DNA of 64,000 nucleotides from Paraspadella gotoi (lineage: Eukaryota > Animalia > Chaetognatha): the NCBI GenBank assembly GCA_051294375.1, contig CM119266.1, forward strand, positions 26,230,851 to 26,294,850. The letters run 5' to 3'. The notes below the pieces were generated by a model that was not told the DNA's origin, made no database searches, and saw only the letters and a program-made list of their open reading frames with translations. Position 1 is the stretch's first letter. Each line of letters starts with the position of its first letter. Positions 1-21,761 of the stretch are shown piece by piece. Made by a program: the position numbers and the translations under genes.

Positions 1-2000
<2,000 letters not shown>

Positions 2001-2638
2001 TTTTCTTAAATAACGATTGTTTTTGATTTTCTTTTATGTCCTTTTTCAATTAACGTGATTTTGCGACAAGTCGGTGCAAAAAAAGGAAGAACTAAGGGTT
2101 TCGTCTAAAAATAAAAACTAAACCTTAAAAATCCACGAATAGGATGCAAAAATTAAAAGAATATTGTAATTAGAAACAATGACAAGTATCAGGTAAGGTT
2201 TGGTCTAAATATTATAATAGTCCTAATTTTAACAGGGTGCGATGCCTACGTAGATAAATTTTCATAAACAATTTCTCTCACATGGAAACCGCGCGTAAAC
2301 AAATTGCCTTTTAATATATTGACCCCCCCAGTCGTATCTGCTTGGCTCTTGTCCCATGAGACATTTCTATACTGATTTTGTCCTTGACCGAGAATTAGTT
2401 CTACTGTGATTGTCTCTGTCGAGAAAACGTTTTTCCCAAAAACAACTACGTGGCTGTTGTACTGTAGTATATGGCCTGTGTGCTTAAGTTTTTTTTGTTT
2501 ACATTTCAAATCCCATAACAACTTCCCTTTTTAAATCTTCGATAGAAATCTTCCCGATTCTAATTAAGCTTCTAATTTAAGTTATATTATATTAATTACA
2601 TAAAAGACCTTAAGAAGGAGGGGGGGGACAGGGGGGGT

Positions 2639-9782
<7,144 letters not shown>

Positions 9783-10213
9783 TGTTTTCCCGTGAAGAGG
9801 GAAAGGGTTTAGTCTAGAGATAACACTGGTACTTTATAAATATAAACTGTAAAGGTTTAATAATTAACTTTCGTCAAAAAATAATATCAGGATTACCTAA
9901 AACTGAAATCGTCGAGATAAAACCTAAGAATTAGACTAGACAAGCTACGAAATACATCTACTGGGTCATCGCTAGAAAAAATATAATTTAACGCATATTT
10001 TTTTAGTTTTAACAAAAATTAAAGGGAAATAATGAGAAAAATTGTTCTAATAATTAAGGCTATGAAGGAGTACCGTTATCGAGGGGTGGTTGTGCGAAGA
10101 TAAGTTTTTAACATTTAAAAATTGACACTGACAACCCGTCTTGATAGATATAAACAATCACAAGAAAGCTGCTTATTTTGAGAATCTCTGTGAATATCGG
10201 GCAGAGGGACAGT

Positions 10214-13200
10214 TCAGACTCTGTTTCCTTTTCTCCTGCCGGATTCTATGCCTTCCACGACTTCGGCGTCCCTCTGACTAGATTGCGGTGAGGGAGAAAC
10301 TTTAGGGACGACTGCCGCGTTGGGTAAGAGACCCGCGGGGCTGTTAAAGGGCGAAGAAGTCATCGGGCCAAGGGGCATCGGGGGCAAAGCAGGAAGAGGA
10401 AAGCGAGGGTTCCCGTTGGGGCTGATTTAAAAAAAAAGAGAAGGGGGAATTACTTAAAATTAGGCAAGTCATTTGAAAAGTATTTCATTTCAATACCTGT
10501 GAAACGGAGGAACCATAAGAGGCGGAGGGGGGTGATGCAATTGATGTCCCATCATCCCCGCAGGACCGGGCGGCTGCACCGGTGACCAACCCGCCGGCGG
10601 GGATCTCCTCCTGGACGGCGGTGGCAGCGGATGTGATTCGCCCCTTGGCGAATAAGGCCGACGAGAGTATCCGCCGTCTGGGGAGGGCGATCGGTCCCTG
10701 GGCGAAGATGGTGACGGAGAGCGTGAGCGCGAGTCGTCGTCGTAGTCCTCCTCCTCGTCCCGGTTGTAAGAGTCGTTCCTTTCGTCAGAGGAGGCGCCGC
10801 TGTGCTCCTCTGAACGCCGATCGTATCGATGATTGGAACGGCGCCCGTCTCGGCCGGCGCCGCCTCGAGAGGCGCGTCCGGCGCCATCGGAAGAAGAGGA
10901 GGAGGGAAAAAACGGTGGACGAAAATGTCCTGGGAGAGGCGGTGGCGGGGGCATGAAACCCGGCGGAAATGGAAAAGGAGGCATGGGGGGAAGCGCCGAA
11001 GATCCGTTCGTACTGGCTTTGCTGCCGGGGCGTCGGTGCTCCGATGCCTCCGACGAGTGCGTGCTGGCGGCATCCTCGCGATTCAAGTACGAAGGAGTCA
11101 TCGACGGCGGCATCATCGGCGGCATCATCGGGGTCCTCATCATCGGGTGCATCGCCATGGGCGGAGGCATCATGGGATGCGGAAGCGGGATCGAACTCTC
11201 CGCCTTAACGTCCGCCTCGCCGGGCAACGGAGCGGCGGATCCTGCCCCTTCTTGACGAGCAGGAATCGGGCGGATGAGGCCCTCCTGCTGCTTGGTCATC
11301 GCCTGCCGTAACGTCGATAACTCTTGCTGAGCGTCCTTGAGATCTCGCTCGGACTTTCGAGCCGCCACCCAGTTTTCGTGGGCCTTGGCTTCTTGCTGTG
11401 AAACGAGAGTCTTGTACTTTCGTTCAACGACTTGAATTTCCTCCTTAAGTTCGTCGACTTGCTCGCGGTAGACGCGAAGTTGCTCCTCGTGCACGTCCGC
11501 GTTCTCTCGCGCGGATCGCGCTTGATTTTCCGTTTGCTTGTTGACCAATTCCTGCTCGCCCAGTCGGCGCTGCATGTCCAGCTCTTTGTCGCGAAAGTAG
11601 GTTGATAGAATTTCCAACTTGTTGACGGCTTCCTTTTCGGATGACACCGCCTTCTCTCGCTCCGTCGACAATTGCGTCATTCGTTCGTTAAGCTCAGAGC
11701 ACTTGGATTCCAGATCTTCACGGGAGCGACGTTCATCGGCGAGGGCCGCCGACAACCTGTCACGGTCTTCCCGGACAGTTTCGAGTTCTAGTCGCGCCTG
11801 GGAAACATCCATCAGCTCCTCAATCTTTCGTCGCATATCGGTCTCGGTCACGTCAGGAGTATCCAGATCAGCTTCATCCCCCTCATCTCTTAACTCGGAT
11901 TCCTTAAAAGCTCCAGCTTTGATAAGGAAACCTTTGAGAACCGAAATCTCTTGATCGCGAAGCACCACGTCTTCCTGCAACTTCGTCATTTCTATGTGTG
12001 ATTCTTCGGCCAATTTTGTGGCCGCTTGAAAATTCCGTTCCATCTCCTCCAGCTCTCCCTCCAAACGAAGGCGATCTTGTATAGTGGAATCCTTTTCCTC
12101 TGAAATCGTTCTCATTTCTTCCTCATTTTTCCTTAAAAGATTTTCCAGCCTTGAAACCTCGTCCTGGCTGGATCGAAAGGAGCTCGACAAAGCTTCATGG
12201 TTCAAATGCAAATCATCCAAGGTTCTCTTTAGCTCCGTGTGAAGACGATCTAATTCCATGAGATCAGCTTCTTTGGCGATTAAGTTTTGTCGCAAGGCAT
12301 CCGCCTCTCGTCGCGTCTCTTCCGCAACGGAGGACAATTTCACGATTTCGTCGGAGTTTTCTTTCGCCTCCGACTTCAAGTTCCGGTTGGACAATTTCAA
12401 TTCCTCCAGCTCATCCTCGCGAACTAAGACGCCTTTACTTCGATTCTCGAGCTCGGCGGCGAGGGACGCATTGCGCGACTCCGCCTCGTCCAGCCGAGAG
12501 GCGACAGAGATGCGAAGTTTCTGCTCGGTGTAAAGCTGATCGGCGGTGGAGAGAATTTGTTCCCGAAGCATTCTCTTCTCAGGGTCTTCTTGAAAACAGC
12601 ACCAATAGATGGCGAGAGTGGCTAAAAGAGAGAGGAGCGCTAATATGGAGAGTGCCACGGATCCAAGAACAGAAAGGTCTATATTCGTCTCGTCGCCCGA
12701 CCGAATCAAATTAGTGATTAATGTCATTGGCCTTTCGATGTTCATAAGCAACCGTTTGCCAATGATTTTAAATAGGCTGCACACGAAATGATAAGAGAGC
12801 ATATCGGAGAAACTTGCGTTTTGGATTTCGTCGAAAGAGTTCCACATTGGCAGAAGAGTCGAATCGACGTTGGAGCAAGAGTCGTCATTTATCTCGCAAA
12901 AGCCGAGATCTTCCTGCTGGGTAGTAGGTGGTGGTTCAGAATCTTGAACTAACTGCCGGCCCGCCTCCCTATCATCAGTGAGTTCAAAACTTTCGACGAC
13001 CTGATCATCATTAAGCAAGGACCGCACGGATGGGAGGACATTATCGGGGTTTATTCCGTTCGGGCCGGGAGCGCCAGTCTCAGGAAATACTGCGTTGGGA
13101 TCGGGTTCTGTCAATTTCATGGAGGACGGCAACTTCGGGATTTCTCCAGTTAAATTCTGATCTCTGTCTGCCACCGATTTTTCATTTTGTCCTATTTTTT

Positions 13201-16170
13201 CATCGTCAGTTTTGTATCCATTACGGCGATCTTGCGTGAAAATTTCCTCGTTTTTGTTTGCAGCCCTAACCTTCAATTTCTTTCTCATTTCTTCTCTGGA
13301 TCGCTTCGTATCTTCTTCAGACTGCTGCTCTCGGCGTATTCTTTCAGCATTTAAAGCCAGTTGCCTTTTGTCTTCTGCTTCCGCTTTTCTTCGGGCAACT
13401 TCCTCCGCCTTTCTTCGAGCAGCTTTCTCCTCTTCAGCCTTTTTCTGGGCAGCTTCTTCTTCTTCAGCCTTCCTCCCGGCAGCTTCCTCTTCTTCAGCCT
13501 TTCTCTGGCAGCTTCCTCTCCTTCAGCCTTTCTCTGGGCAGCTTCTCTTCTTCAGCCTTTCTCTGGGCAGCTTCCTCTTCTTCAGCTTTTCTCTGGGCAG
13601 CTTCCTCTTCTTCAGCCTTTCTCTGGCAGCTTCCTCTTCTTCAGCCTTTCTCTGGGCAGCTTCCTCTTCTTCAGCCTTTCTCTGGGCAGCTTCCTCTTCT
13701 TCAGCCTTCTCTGGGCAGCTTCCTCTTCTTCAGCCTTTCTCGGTGCAGTTCTCTTCTTCAGCTTTCTCTGGGCAGCTTCCTCTTCTTCAGCCTTTCTCTG
13801 GGCAGCTTCCTCTTCTTCAGCTTTCTCTGGGCAGCTTCCTCTTTTCCAGCCTTTCTCTGGCAGCTTCCTCTTTTTCAGCCTTTCTCTGGGCAGCTTCCTC
13901 TTCTTCAGCCTTTCTCTGGGCAGCTTCCTCTTCTTCAGCCTTTCTCTGGGCAGCTTCCTCTTCTTCAGCCTTTCTCTGGGCAGCTTCCTCTTCTTCAGCC
14001 TTTCTCTGGGCAGCTTCCTCTTCTTAACCTTTCTCTGGGCAGCTTCCTCTTCTTCAGCCTTTCTCTGGGCAGTTTCCTCCTCTACCCTTCTCTGGGCAGC
14101 TTCCTCCTCTACCCTTCTCTGGGCAGCTTTCTCATCTTCAGCCTTTTTCCGGGCAGCTTCCTCTTCAGCCTTTTCTTCCTCCAGTCGAAGCTTCCTCTTC
14201 AGCCTTTTTTGAGCAGCTTCCTCCTCTTCAGCCTTTTTCTGGGCAGCTTCCTCCTCTTCCCTTTTCTGGGCAGCTTCCTCTTCAGCCTTTTTCCGGGCAG
14301 CTTCCTCCTCTTCATCCTTTTCGCGGCAGCTTCTTCCTCTTCAGCCTTTCTCCGGGCAGTTTCCTCCTCTTTAGCCTTTCTCTGGGCAGCTTCTTCCTCT
14401 TCAGCCTTTTTCCGGGCAGCTTCTTCCTCTTCAGCCTTTTTCCGGGCAGCTTCCTCCTCTTTAGCTCTTCTATGGGCAGCTTCCTCCTCTTCAGCCCTTC
14501 TCCGGACAGCTCCTCATCTTCAGCCCTTCTCCGGACACTTCCTCATCTTCAGCCCTTCTCCGGACAGCTTCCTCATCTTCAGCCCTTCTCCGGACAGCTT
14601 CCTCATCTTCAGCCCTTCTCCGGACAGCTTCATCTTCAGCCCTTCTCCGGACAGCTTCCTCATCTTCAGCCCTTTTCTGAGCAACTTCCCCCTCTTCACC
14701 TCTTTTCTGAGCAACTTCCCCCTCTCTTTTCTGAGCAACTTCCCCCTCTTCACCCCTTTTCTGGGCAACTTCCTCCTCTTCCCTTCTCTGGGCAGCTTCC
14801 TCTGATTCTAAATTCTCCCGGACTTCTTCCTCTTTCCTCTGGGCAGCATCTGCTTTGCCAATGGCAGCTTTCTCGTCTTCTGAATTTTCGAGGAAAACAT
14901 TTTCTAGTGCGTTATCGGCTGAATGTTTCTCATAAGCATTCTCAATATAAGTTTTCTCTATTCCTAAATTTTTTTCATCTAACTCAGTTTCTATTTTCTG
15001 GTTAGCATCGACGTCTTCATGATTGAAATTGGCTGGTTCTTCGTCGATGGAGCCAGTTTGAACTGTATCTGACAACCAAGAAAACCAAGACGACTCGCGC
15101 TCCTCATCAGTTGATTTAAAAATATCATCAGTAAAATTACCCAACGGATTTTGGACATTTGGAGTTGCGGACGGAGCTGTTTCTTCCAAAGAGGCAGACG
15201 GCTGAATCACATCTTGCTTAGCTTCATAAATTTTTCGAGACTCGTCTTTCTTCTGGTTTTCCATATTTTTCTTAAAATCGTTGAACCAATGTGGTTCCGG
15301 AGGTACTTCTTCTGCCGTCGTCGATGTTTCACGCACAACGGGTGACGGATCAATAGATGTTATGGTTGATTCCGAAAAACCCTCCGTTCCTCCCTGTTCG
15401 CGATTCCTCGAATCTGACTCCTCCGTCTTAACCATTAAATCTGGAGTCGCCCCGTGAAAAGTCTTTGGCGGTTTCGCTTCATCAACGCCTCCGTTCATCG
15501 CCGACGAGGCAAAATTACGAGCGATATCTTTCAGTCGAGAAGGACGTTCGTTTCCTTCCAAATTCTTTCCACTTTCGTCTTTCGCTAAGTTTTCTTCCTC
15601 TTCTTCCTCTTCGTCCCACTTATCATCTTCGTCGTCCCCCTCCTCATCCTCATCACCGGCTTCTAGCACTTCCATAATTTCCTCGTTGTCCGTGAGCCCC
15701 TTGATTTTCTCCCTGATCCCTCTCTCCAGCAATTTGGAAAGTTCTCCGGGTGCGCCCTTGACGACGGTCCTGGGATGATCGACCATCAAGTCCGATTCCT
15801 CGACAACCTTGCGCGGAAAGTGACCGAAACGATGGCCGTCGGCAGACATGCCGATCCAGACATCATCATTGTCGTATTCGTCGTTTTCTTCTTTCATGAA
15901 GACCACGACCTGCTCGTTTTGCTCCATGGACAATTCGCCGCCGTGGGCGCCTTTATAGTCCTCGATGGCTGTGACCAAGCTGAGGGGGGCCGAACATTTG
16001 ACGGAGCCGCACAAGAAATTGTCAGAGGAAGAGGCATCGCCGTCGATGTGAAGTGAGAAAAATAAGGCGGCGAAAAGGAAATGGGTAGGGGAGATGGATC
16101 GAGATCCGCCGCTCACGCAGCAGAACCGAGGCATCTTTATGAGTCTAGTTTCAATTATTGGCTTAGACAT
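10214..16170 (-). CDS. MIA3: TANGO1/MIA3-like ER-exit cargo receptor: signal peptide, SH3-like domain, long luminal region, TM segment, coiled coils, proline-rich tail
   Basis: N-terminal hydrophobic stretch, then LCGSVKCSAPLSLVTAIEDY...GHFPRKVVEE (MIA SH3-like). TM LGSVALSILALLSLLATLAIYW. KLEILSTYFRDKE and QEAKAHENWVAARKSER (cTAGE5/TANGO1 coiled-coil motifs). PPP-rich C-terminus. A last exon at ~10421-10214 ends in TGA. The frame is broken inside the 13.4-14.8 kb repeat. Confidence 0.85.
13385..14805 (-). repeat. Coding minisatellite, ~27-30 bp unit (GCTGAAGAAGAGGAAGCTGCCCAGAGAAAG = AEEEEAAQRK), dozens of copies
   Basis: Directly visible tandem array with variant blocks (AEDEEAVRRR, GEEGEVAQKR) and scattered 1-bp indels. 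Confidence 0.95.
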
Positions 16171-16524
16171 TTAACTAAGAAATGAACGAATGATTACGGA
16201 CGAGAAAAATAAAATATATGAACGCGCGAAAATTTAAAAAAAATCTATTTTGGTTTGACGTGAGATGCACACATATCATTGCAAAACAGAAACGGATCGG
16301 AGGATCGGAAATCTCCGCCGATATGGAATCGCCGAATCATGATTGGTCAAGACGGAATCGGCCTCGGCCATCGGCATGCAGAACCAATGGAACTGTAAAA
16401 ATAACTCTTTCAGATATAAAATAGACCTAGCTTTCCTTAGTTTCAGTAGAATTGTTCTGGACTCCTGCGTGTGTCTCAACGTCACATTATTATTCTCAGA
16501 ATAATGATGGAATAATATTGTTTT

Positions 16525-17753
16525 TCACTTCTCCTTGAAGTCCTCGTCGTCTGCATCGTCGTTGTCTTCGCCGCTGCTCTCGCCCTCTTCTTCCCGGAGA
16601 TTGTCAAGTTCTTCCTCGAGTCTTTTTCTCGCCGTCCGCACCCGAGCTTCCTGCTTTCGGATCTCGTCCTCGGAGACGATGAGGGACTGAGGCGAAACAA
16701 TCTTATTTGCATTTTGTCTTCCATTTCATTTTATATTATATTTTCGTACAACTCCATATAATTTCATATATTATTTGTACAGCTATTTTTCATTTTTAAA
16801 ATTTCAGTTAATTTGAGGATTTTAAATTTTATAGTATCAATTAGCATCAGCAGGCCGTCCCTAACCTGTATTAATGGTTGTTCGGGATTGACATGCACGC
16901 CGGGATTTTTCTGGAGGGAAGCGCGAGACGCTGTTTGGCCCATGACGGGCGCTTGGTTCACGTGCAAGGCGGTCGCGATGCTTAAGGAAAACCAAAAAAA
17001 TATCATAAGGGAACAGAGACAAAACGGTATTTTCTTTAGAAGCTTTATATTAATCCTAAAAACCTATGGAGGAGATTTTCCGGGGTCATATCCGGTCCAA
17101 CCCCTTGCATCATGCGTGGGAGATCCATGGAAACCATCTCCTCGCCGACAGCATCGCAGGACCGGAGACTCTGGAGCCGCTTCTCCCAGAAAAGCTGCTT
17201 CGGCTGCTCTTGAGGGCCGTGTTTCAGGTCAGTCTTTACGCGACTCTTGTGTTGGCTACGTATCATCGTAACGGGCTAGGGCGTCGGAAGATAGGAGATT
17301 TTCAATTTTTTTATATCTTTTTTTCTGTTTTATAACCGACTTTGTTTGTGGAAAAAACCAAAAAACCTGTTTGAATATGGAGGCCGTTTGTCTGATGGGC
17401 AGATTGAGGCTGATGTCATGCCTGACCCGCTTACGTAGTGACGTCACCGTTGTTTTTCCGGTTCGAAAGTCAAAGTTGCTGAGATCCACTTTGTCGCCGA
17501 GAAATCGGGCCAGCTCCGGTTTGCTACGAAATTTTCGACCGTTGGGCGCAACATAGAAAACGTCCATGCGACCAGTCGATAAACCTGCAAATCAACAACA
17601 AATGGTGTGCAAAGAAATCTGTTCTATAATTAATCTCAAATAAATAAAATTAAATATCGACGAACCGGATTTTCGCGTGACCTCTGCTCTTTTCCATCCT
17701 CGTGGCAAACCAGGAACTTCAAAGATGCGCTTTTTCTCCACTTCTTGCGACAT
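16525..17753 (-). CDS. MBD2: Methyl-CpG-binding domain protein MBD2/3
   Basis: ATG at 17753: MSQEVEKKRIFEVPGLPRGWKRAEVTRKSG, DVFYVAPNGRKFRSKPELARFLG..FDFRTGK, LPIRQTASIFKQPVT, QPKQLFWEKRLQSL, SIATALH, VNPEQPL, and the C-terminal coiled coil EDEIRKQEARVRTARKRLEE. Confidence 0.93.
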
Positions 17754-17903
17754 AATAACGATATCGGTTTTAGTTAGCTTTTAATTGCTAAATAGAAATA
17801 AATTTTTTTATCAGTGAATCGAATAATATAAACACAATATCCTTGGATCATTTCATTTCACAATAAAGCCTGTCATGGTCACGAAATGAACTTCACAGGA
17901 CTA

Positions 17904-18797
17904 CGTGGTGACAATTTTACAAGCGCCGGTAGAAAAACGCTGTCATTTGCAAACCCATGAAGATTTTTTCAATGTTAAATATGAATTTAAAAATAAAAAC
18001 CTTAACTATTTATATATGCAAATTTTATCAGAATCGACTTTGATATGCCTCAGCAATGATAGCAGGAAGATGGATATGCAAATCATCTCTAATTTTTAAA
18101 CTCACTTTTTTTAGATTTAATTCTTTTCTCTTACTTTCAGTAAGTTTTCTGAAGAAATTTGAAATAAAATAATATTAATATTATTATTTTCTGAAAGCCC
18201 TTTTAAATCTAAAGAGAATGACCTACTTACGAATACTGTAGTAGTATAAAATTTAAATGGCCCAGCTTTAATTTAATTAGAATACTCAAAAACGAGACAT
18301 CTTTTTAAAGATCAACAGCTGGAGAGTAAATTTATGATTTTTATCCAATTGTGATTGGCTATCTTAAATCCTTTTTTCTCAGGCTCTTTCATGATACTTA
18401 TATAAATAATTATATTTTATGTTATAATAATTTAAATAGGTCATATACTTTGAAATAAGATTTAAAATTTGAAATAATTCACTTTGACACTCTTAATTGA
18501 ACCAAGGCTGGGCTTTCCTAAGTATATCATTCTCTTCATATTTTAAGGAGTTTCTGAGGATATTAATATTGTTAATATTTTAATAAATACTTTGTTTAAA
18601 AAAGTGCTAAATGTTAAAAAAAAAAATTGAATTTAAAAACCGTGAGTTGGAAAATGAAACCCAAAAATTAATATAAAATTTTAACACATAAATAGTTTTA
18701 GTATTTTCTGCTCAACTAATTTTTAAAATCAATGAAATAACCACTGGTTTGAAAATGACAGCGTATTTCTACCGGCGCTTGTAAAATTGACACCATG
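17904..18797. mobile_element. MITE family C (~50-bp TIRs, TA-flanked), intergenic
   Basis: Left ta|cgtggtgacaattttacaagcgccggtagaaaaacgctgtcattt and right aaatgacagcgtatttctaccggcgcttgtaaaattgacaccatg|ta are near-perfect inverted repeats around an AT-rich non-coding core. Confidence 0.88.
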
Positions 18798-18853
18798 TAC
18801 GTAAATTACGCGAGCTCTATTAAATACGACGTGGCATCTAAACAGCCACGTTT

Positions 18854-19360
18854 TCAGTCAATCGCCATCGATTCGACCTTGGAACAACTCGAGCGAATTG
18901 ATGAAACCCAAGACACCGCGTCTAATCCATTATTATCACATTTATTTTCCCGTGAAACATCGAAACTTCGAAGGCAAGAGATCTCGGAGGAGAAAAAACG
19001 ATCGCAATACCACCAGGCAGGATCCATTGGTGTTTTCGTCTCTTCGAGTTGTTGGTGCACCGAGGCCTCGAGGGATGAAGAGGAGAAGAACGGGTTAAAT
19101 ATCAAAGAGGAGGAAGAGGAGGATAGGGGCCGGTGCACAACCACGTTTTCGCCTTTCCTCATCTCTCGAAACGAGATTATCGAAGGAGGCCGGCGGGAAA
19201 AGCGAGTAGAGGCGGAGATTGGACGACGAGAATTCGACGGAAAACTCGAGGACGGCGCGGGCGGGTGGGCGTGGGCGGACGAGACCATCGAGGATATGGG
19301 TGAGGAAGAGAGAGAAGACGAAGGTTTTTCTATCTCTCTCTCTCCTCGGTCCGCCAACAA
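18854..19360 (-). CDS. Possible small orphan ORF (Ser-rich, unknown function)
   Basis: GC-richer island with an open frame on the same strand as all its neighbours, and an upstream TTTCAG|G acceptor near 19612. No recognisable domain and an uncertain start. Confidence 0.25.
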   Translation of the reverse strand: MLADRGEREIEKPSSSLSSSPISSMVSSAHAHPPAPSSSFPSNSRRPISASTRFSRRPPSIISFREMRKGENVVVHRPLSSSSSSLIFNPFFSSSSLEASVHQQLEETKTPMDPAWWYCDRFFSSEISCLRSFDVSRENKCDNNGLDAVSWVSSIRSSCSKVESMAID

Positions 19361-19819
19361 ACTGGGGATTTGTTGGAACCACGACGGAGAAAGAGAGAAC
19401 TAGCGAGTGCGAAGGATTATAGAGAAACAAAAGGCCACTTCGCGCGAGTGCACAGAAGAGGTTTTTTTTTTCCAAGAGCAAAAAAGAAAAACTAAATAAA
19501 ACTCATATTAGGATGTTATGGAATAAACACAGACATTTACAACATTTATTCGGTTCCTAGTTTGACATTGAAGCCAGTTTGATCGAAGAAATAATTTAAT
19601 TGCGGACGTAACCTGAAATTTAAATAATCAAGACAAATCAATACCAGTGCATACACGAAAATGATACATATATGATACATATACGAAAATGAACAAAAAA
19701 AGCTAATTGGGTTTGATCGAGAAAATCAAAATTAATTGTAACATAAATCACATTGAAAAGTCACAATTCATCGAGTGCCCGAAGAATGTGCAATGTTCAT
19801 CCTGCGGCAGAGAACCCCT

Positions 19820-21442
19820 TCAAAGAAAGTCATCTTCCAAATCGTCAAAAACGGCGTCAGTGGAGGTTGGATCGGAAAGCGACGCCCGCGAGAAGGCGCG
19901 AACTGGTGGACGCTCAGTAGAGGTAGCGACGCCGCGCTCGAGGGAGCTGCAGCTGGAAGACGTGCGACATAAAGAATGCTGGAGAAAAGGAGTAACTCTT
20001 ACTGTCGTATAAACTAATATCAAACATTTTCACGACAAGCTAAGTTGTCGGCCTATTCCCCCCCACCTCCGATGAGTTTGTTTTCCCAATTTTAGGAACT
20101 CGATCAGCGCGATGAGACACATTGCCGGCCTCGCCGCACCCGAAACCGCGCCCGACCGTCTCCCGCCGAATGCGCAGATGCATGTAACGCTGCAGCAGCG
20201 CCGCTGCTTCAAGGTGCCCGCCATTGAGAGCTAGTGAGAGCGGCATTTGCCCGCTAGCGTTGCGTTTGGCAGAATCCGCGCCGTGAACAAGCAAGAAGGT
20301 GACTATCCCCACGTCGCCGTGACTGGCGGCTAGATGCAAAGGGGTGTGCCCGTCTCGGTTGGCGGCCGACACCTCGGCGCCGGCGGATATGAGAACATCG
20401 AGAACACAGAGCTCGGTCCGGGCGCCCTCGATCAAAGACTAAAAAGGAATAAAATGAATTCATTGTGGCAAAGCCACTTTGCAGATCCATTAAGAAATAT
20501 CGGAGAAGAGTGAATTTACTCACCGCATCAATAGCGCAGTTATTGGTTCTTAGATGATCAAGGCGCGCGGCAGCGTATACGGCCAAATAGACGCAGGTGT
20601 CACCGTTGGCGTTACGTGCCGCGACGGCACTGCCCATTTTCACGAGGCGATGGACGAGGCGGGCGTCGCCTCCCAGGATAGCGCAGTGAAGCAGAGTCAT
20701 TGACGCCGGGGGACAGCGCCAGTCCAGCGGAAAAGGAAAGGAACAGGCCCTCAGTTGAGATAAGACTTTGTCAGAGTTGCCTTAAAAGGAAGCAAAAAAC
20801 TGAATTCTGTGGTATGTCGTGCACATCAAGTCATCTTCCAAAATTCTCACCGGGAATGTAAGACGTCTTCGCCAGATCAAAGATTCCCAGAATTTTTCTC
20901 AAGTCGTTCGCCGGAAGTCGAGTGCCGACACCGACTACGCCGCCGCGACACGAGTCGAGAGAGCGACAGGGGTCGACGCCGAGACGATGCCTCTCGCTGA
21001 GACGATCGTTGACGAAGCCAGACGAACAAATCGAAGAAACGGACGACGAAACGACCTTCGCTCGAGAAGGAAGAGCCCCTTTGTAACTTTCCCTCGCACT
21101 CTTACATTCGTTCCATGTGGCCAGGATTAGGACGAGGAAAATATAAACGCCCACTAGAAAAAAGAGAGGACGATCTTTTGACGCGGACCACCAAGCCTCC
21201 AAGTCGGTGCCGAGGCCGTGAACAAAATTGTCGAGCGGTCCCAAACAGAAAGAAAGAGTTCCGTTCCAGGCCTTTGACGGGAAGAGGGAGAGACGACGGA
21301 ATAATTCCGACTCGGGAGAGAAAAGACGAGCGAGAGATCGGAGGAAGACGCGTGACTCGGTCAAGACGAGGTCGAGGCTCACTGACGGGAAAGTCTCGAA
21401 AGTAGACATAGCTTTCGCAATAAGACTTCTAAGGATTGTCAT
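19820..21442 (-). CDS. Ankyrin-repeat protein, multi-exon
   Basis: Ankyrin repeats TLLHCAILGGD...RNANGDTCVYLAVYAA and NRDGHTPLHLAASHGDVGIVTFLLVHGAD..RNASGQMPLSLA; GT-AG introns; ATG at 21442. Confidence 0.75.
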
Positions 21443-21761
21443 GCTATTGTTTTTTGGTTGATATAAACTCGTGCCTGAAAACGGGTAACAAAAACAAAAA
21501 CGGAACGTTCGTTTCGCGTTTTAGAAAAAAATTCAAATACCGTCACTAAACAACGTAACGTAAATTTGGCGAAATATGAAATATTTCATAGATTCGAGTG
21601 AAGAGTTCATTGGCTCCCACAAGTCTACGTCTGAACCCAGCGAGTTGATTGAAGAAAAAAGAAACGAAAAAAAAAACCAAAACAATTGTTAAATAATATG
21701 GAAAATAGGTCATTTCTTCATAATTATAATAACCCCAGAAAAAATAAGGTAAAAAAGAAAA

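Noticed and set aside
13385-14805. CRISPR-like array
   Set aside because: The units are contiguous with no unique spacers, lie in a eukaryotic coding context, and no cas genes are present.
13212-15005. Long plus-strand ORFs (S/F/L-rich)
   Set aside because: They are antisense shadows of the TANGO1 coding minisatellite.
16276-16490. Small ORFs between MBD2/3 and TANGO1
   Set aside because: No recognisable product. More likely UTR or leader sequence, although a TTTTACAG acceptor is present near 16393.
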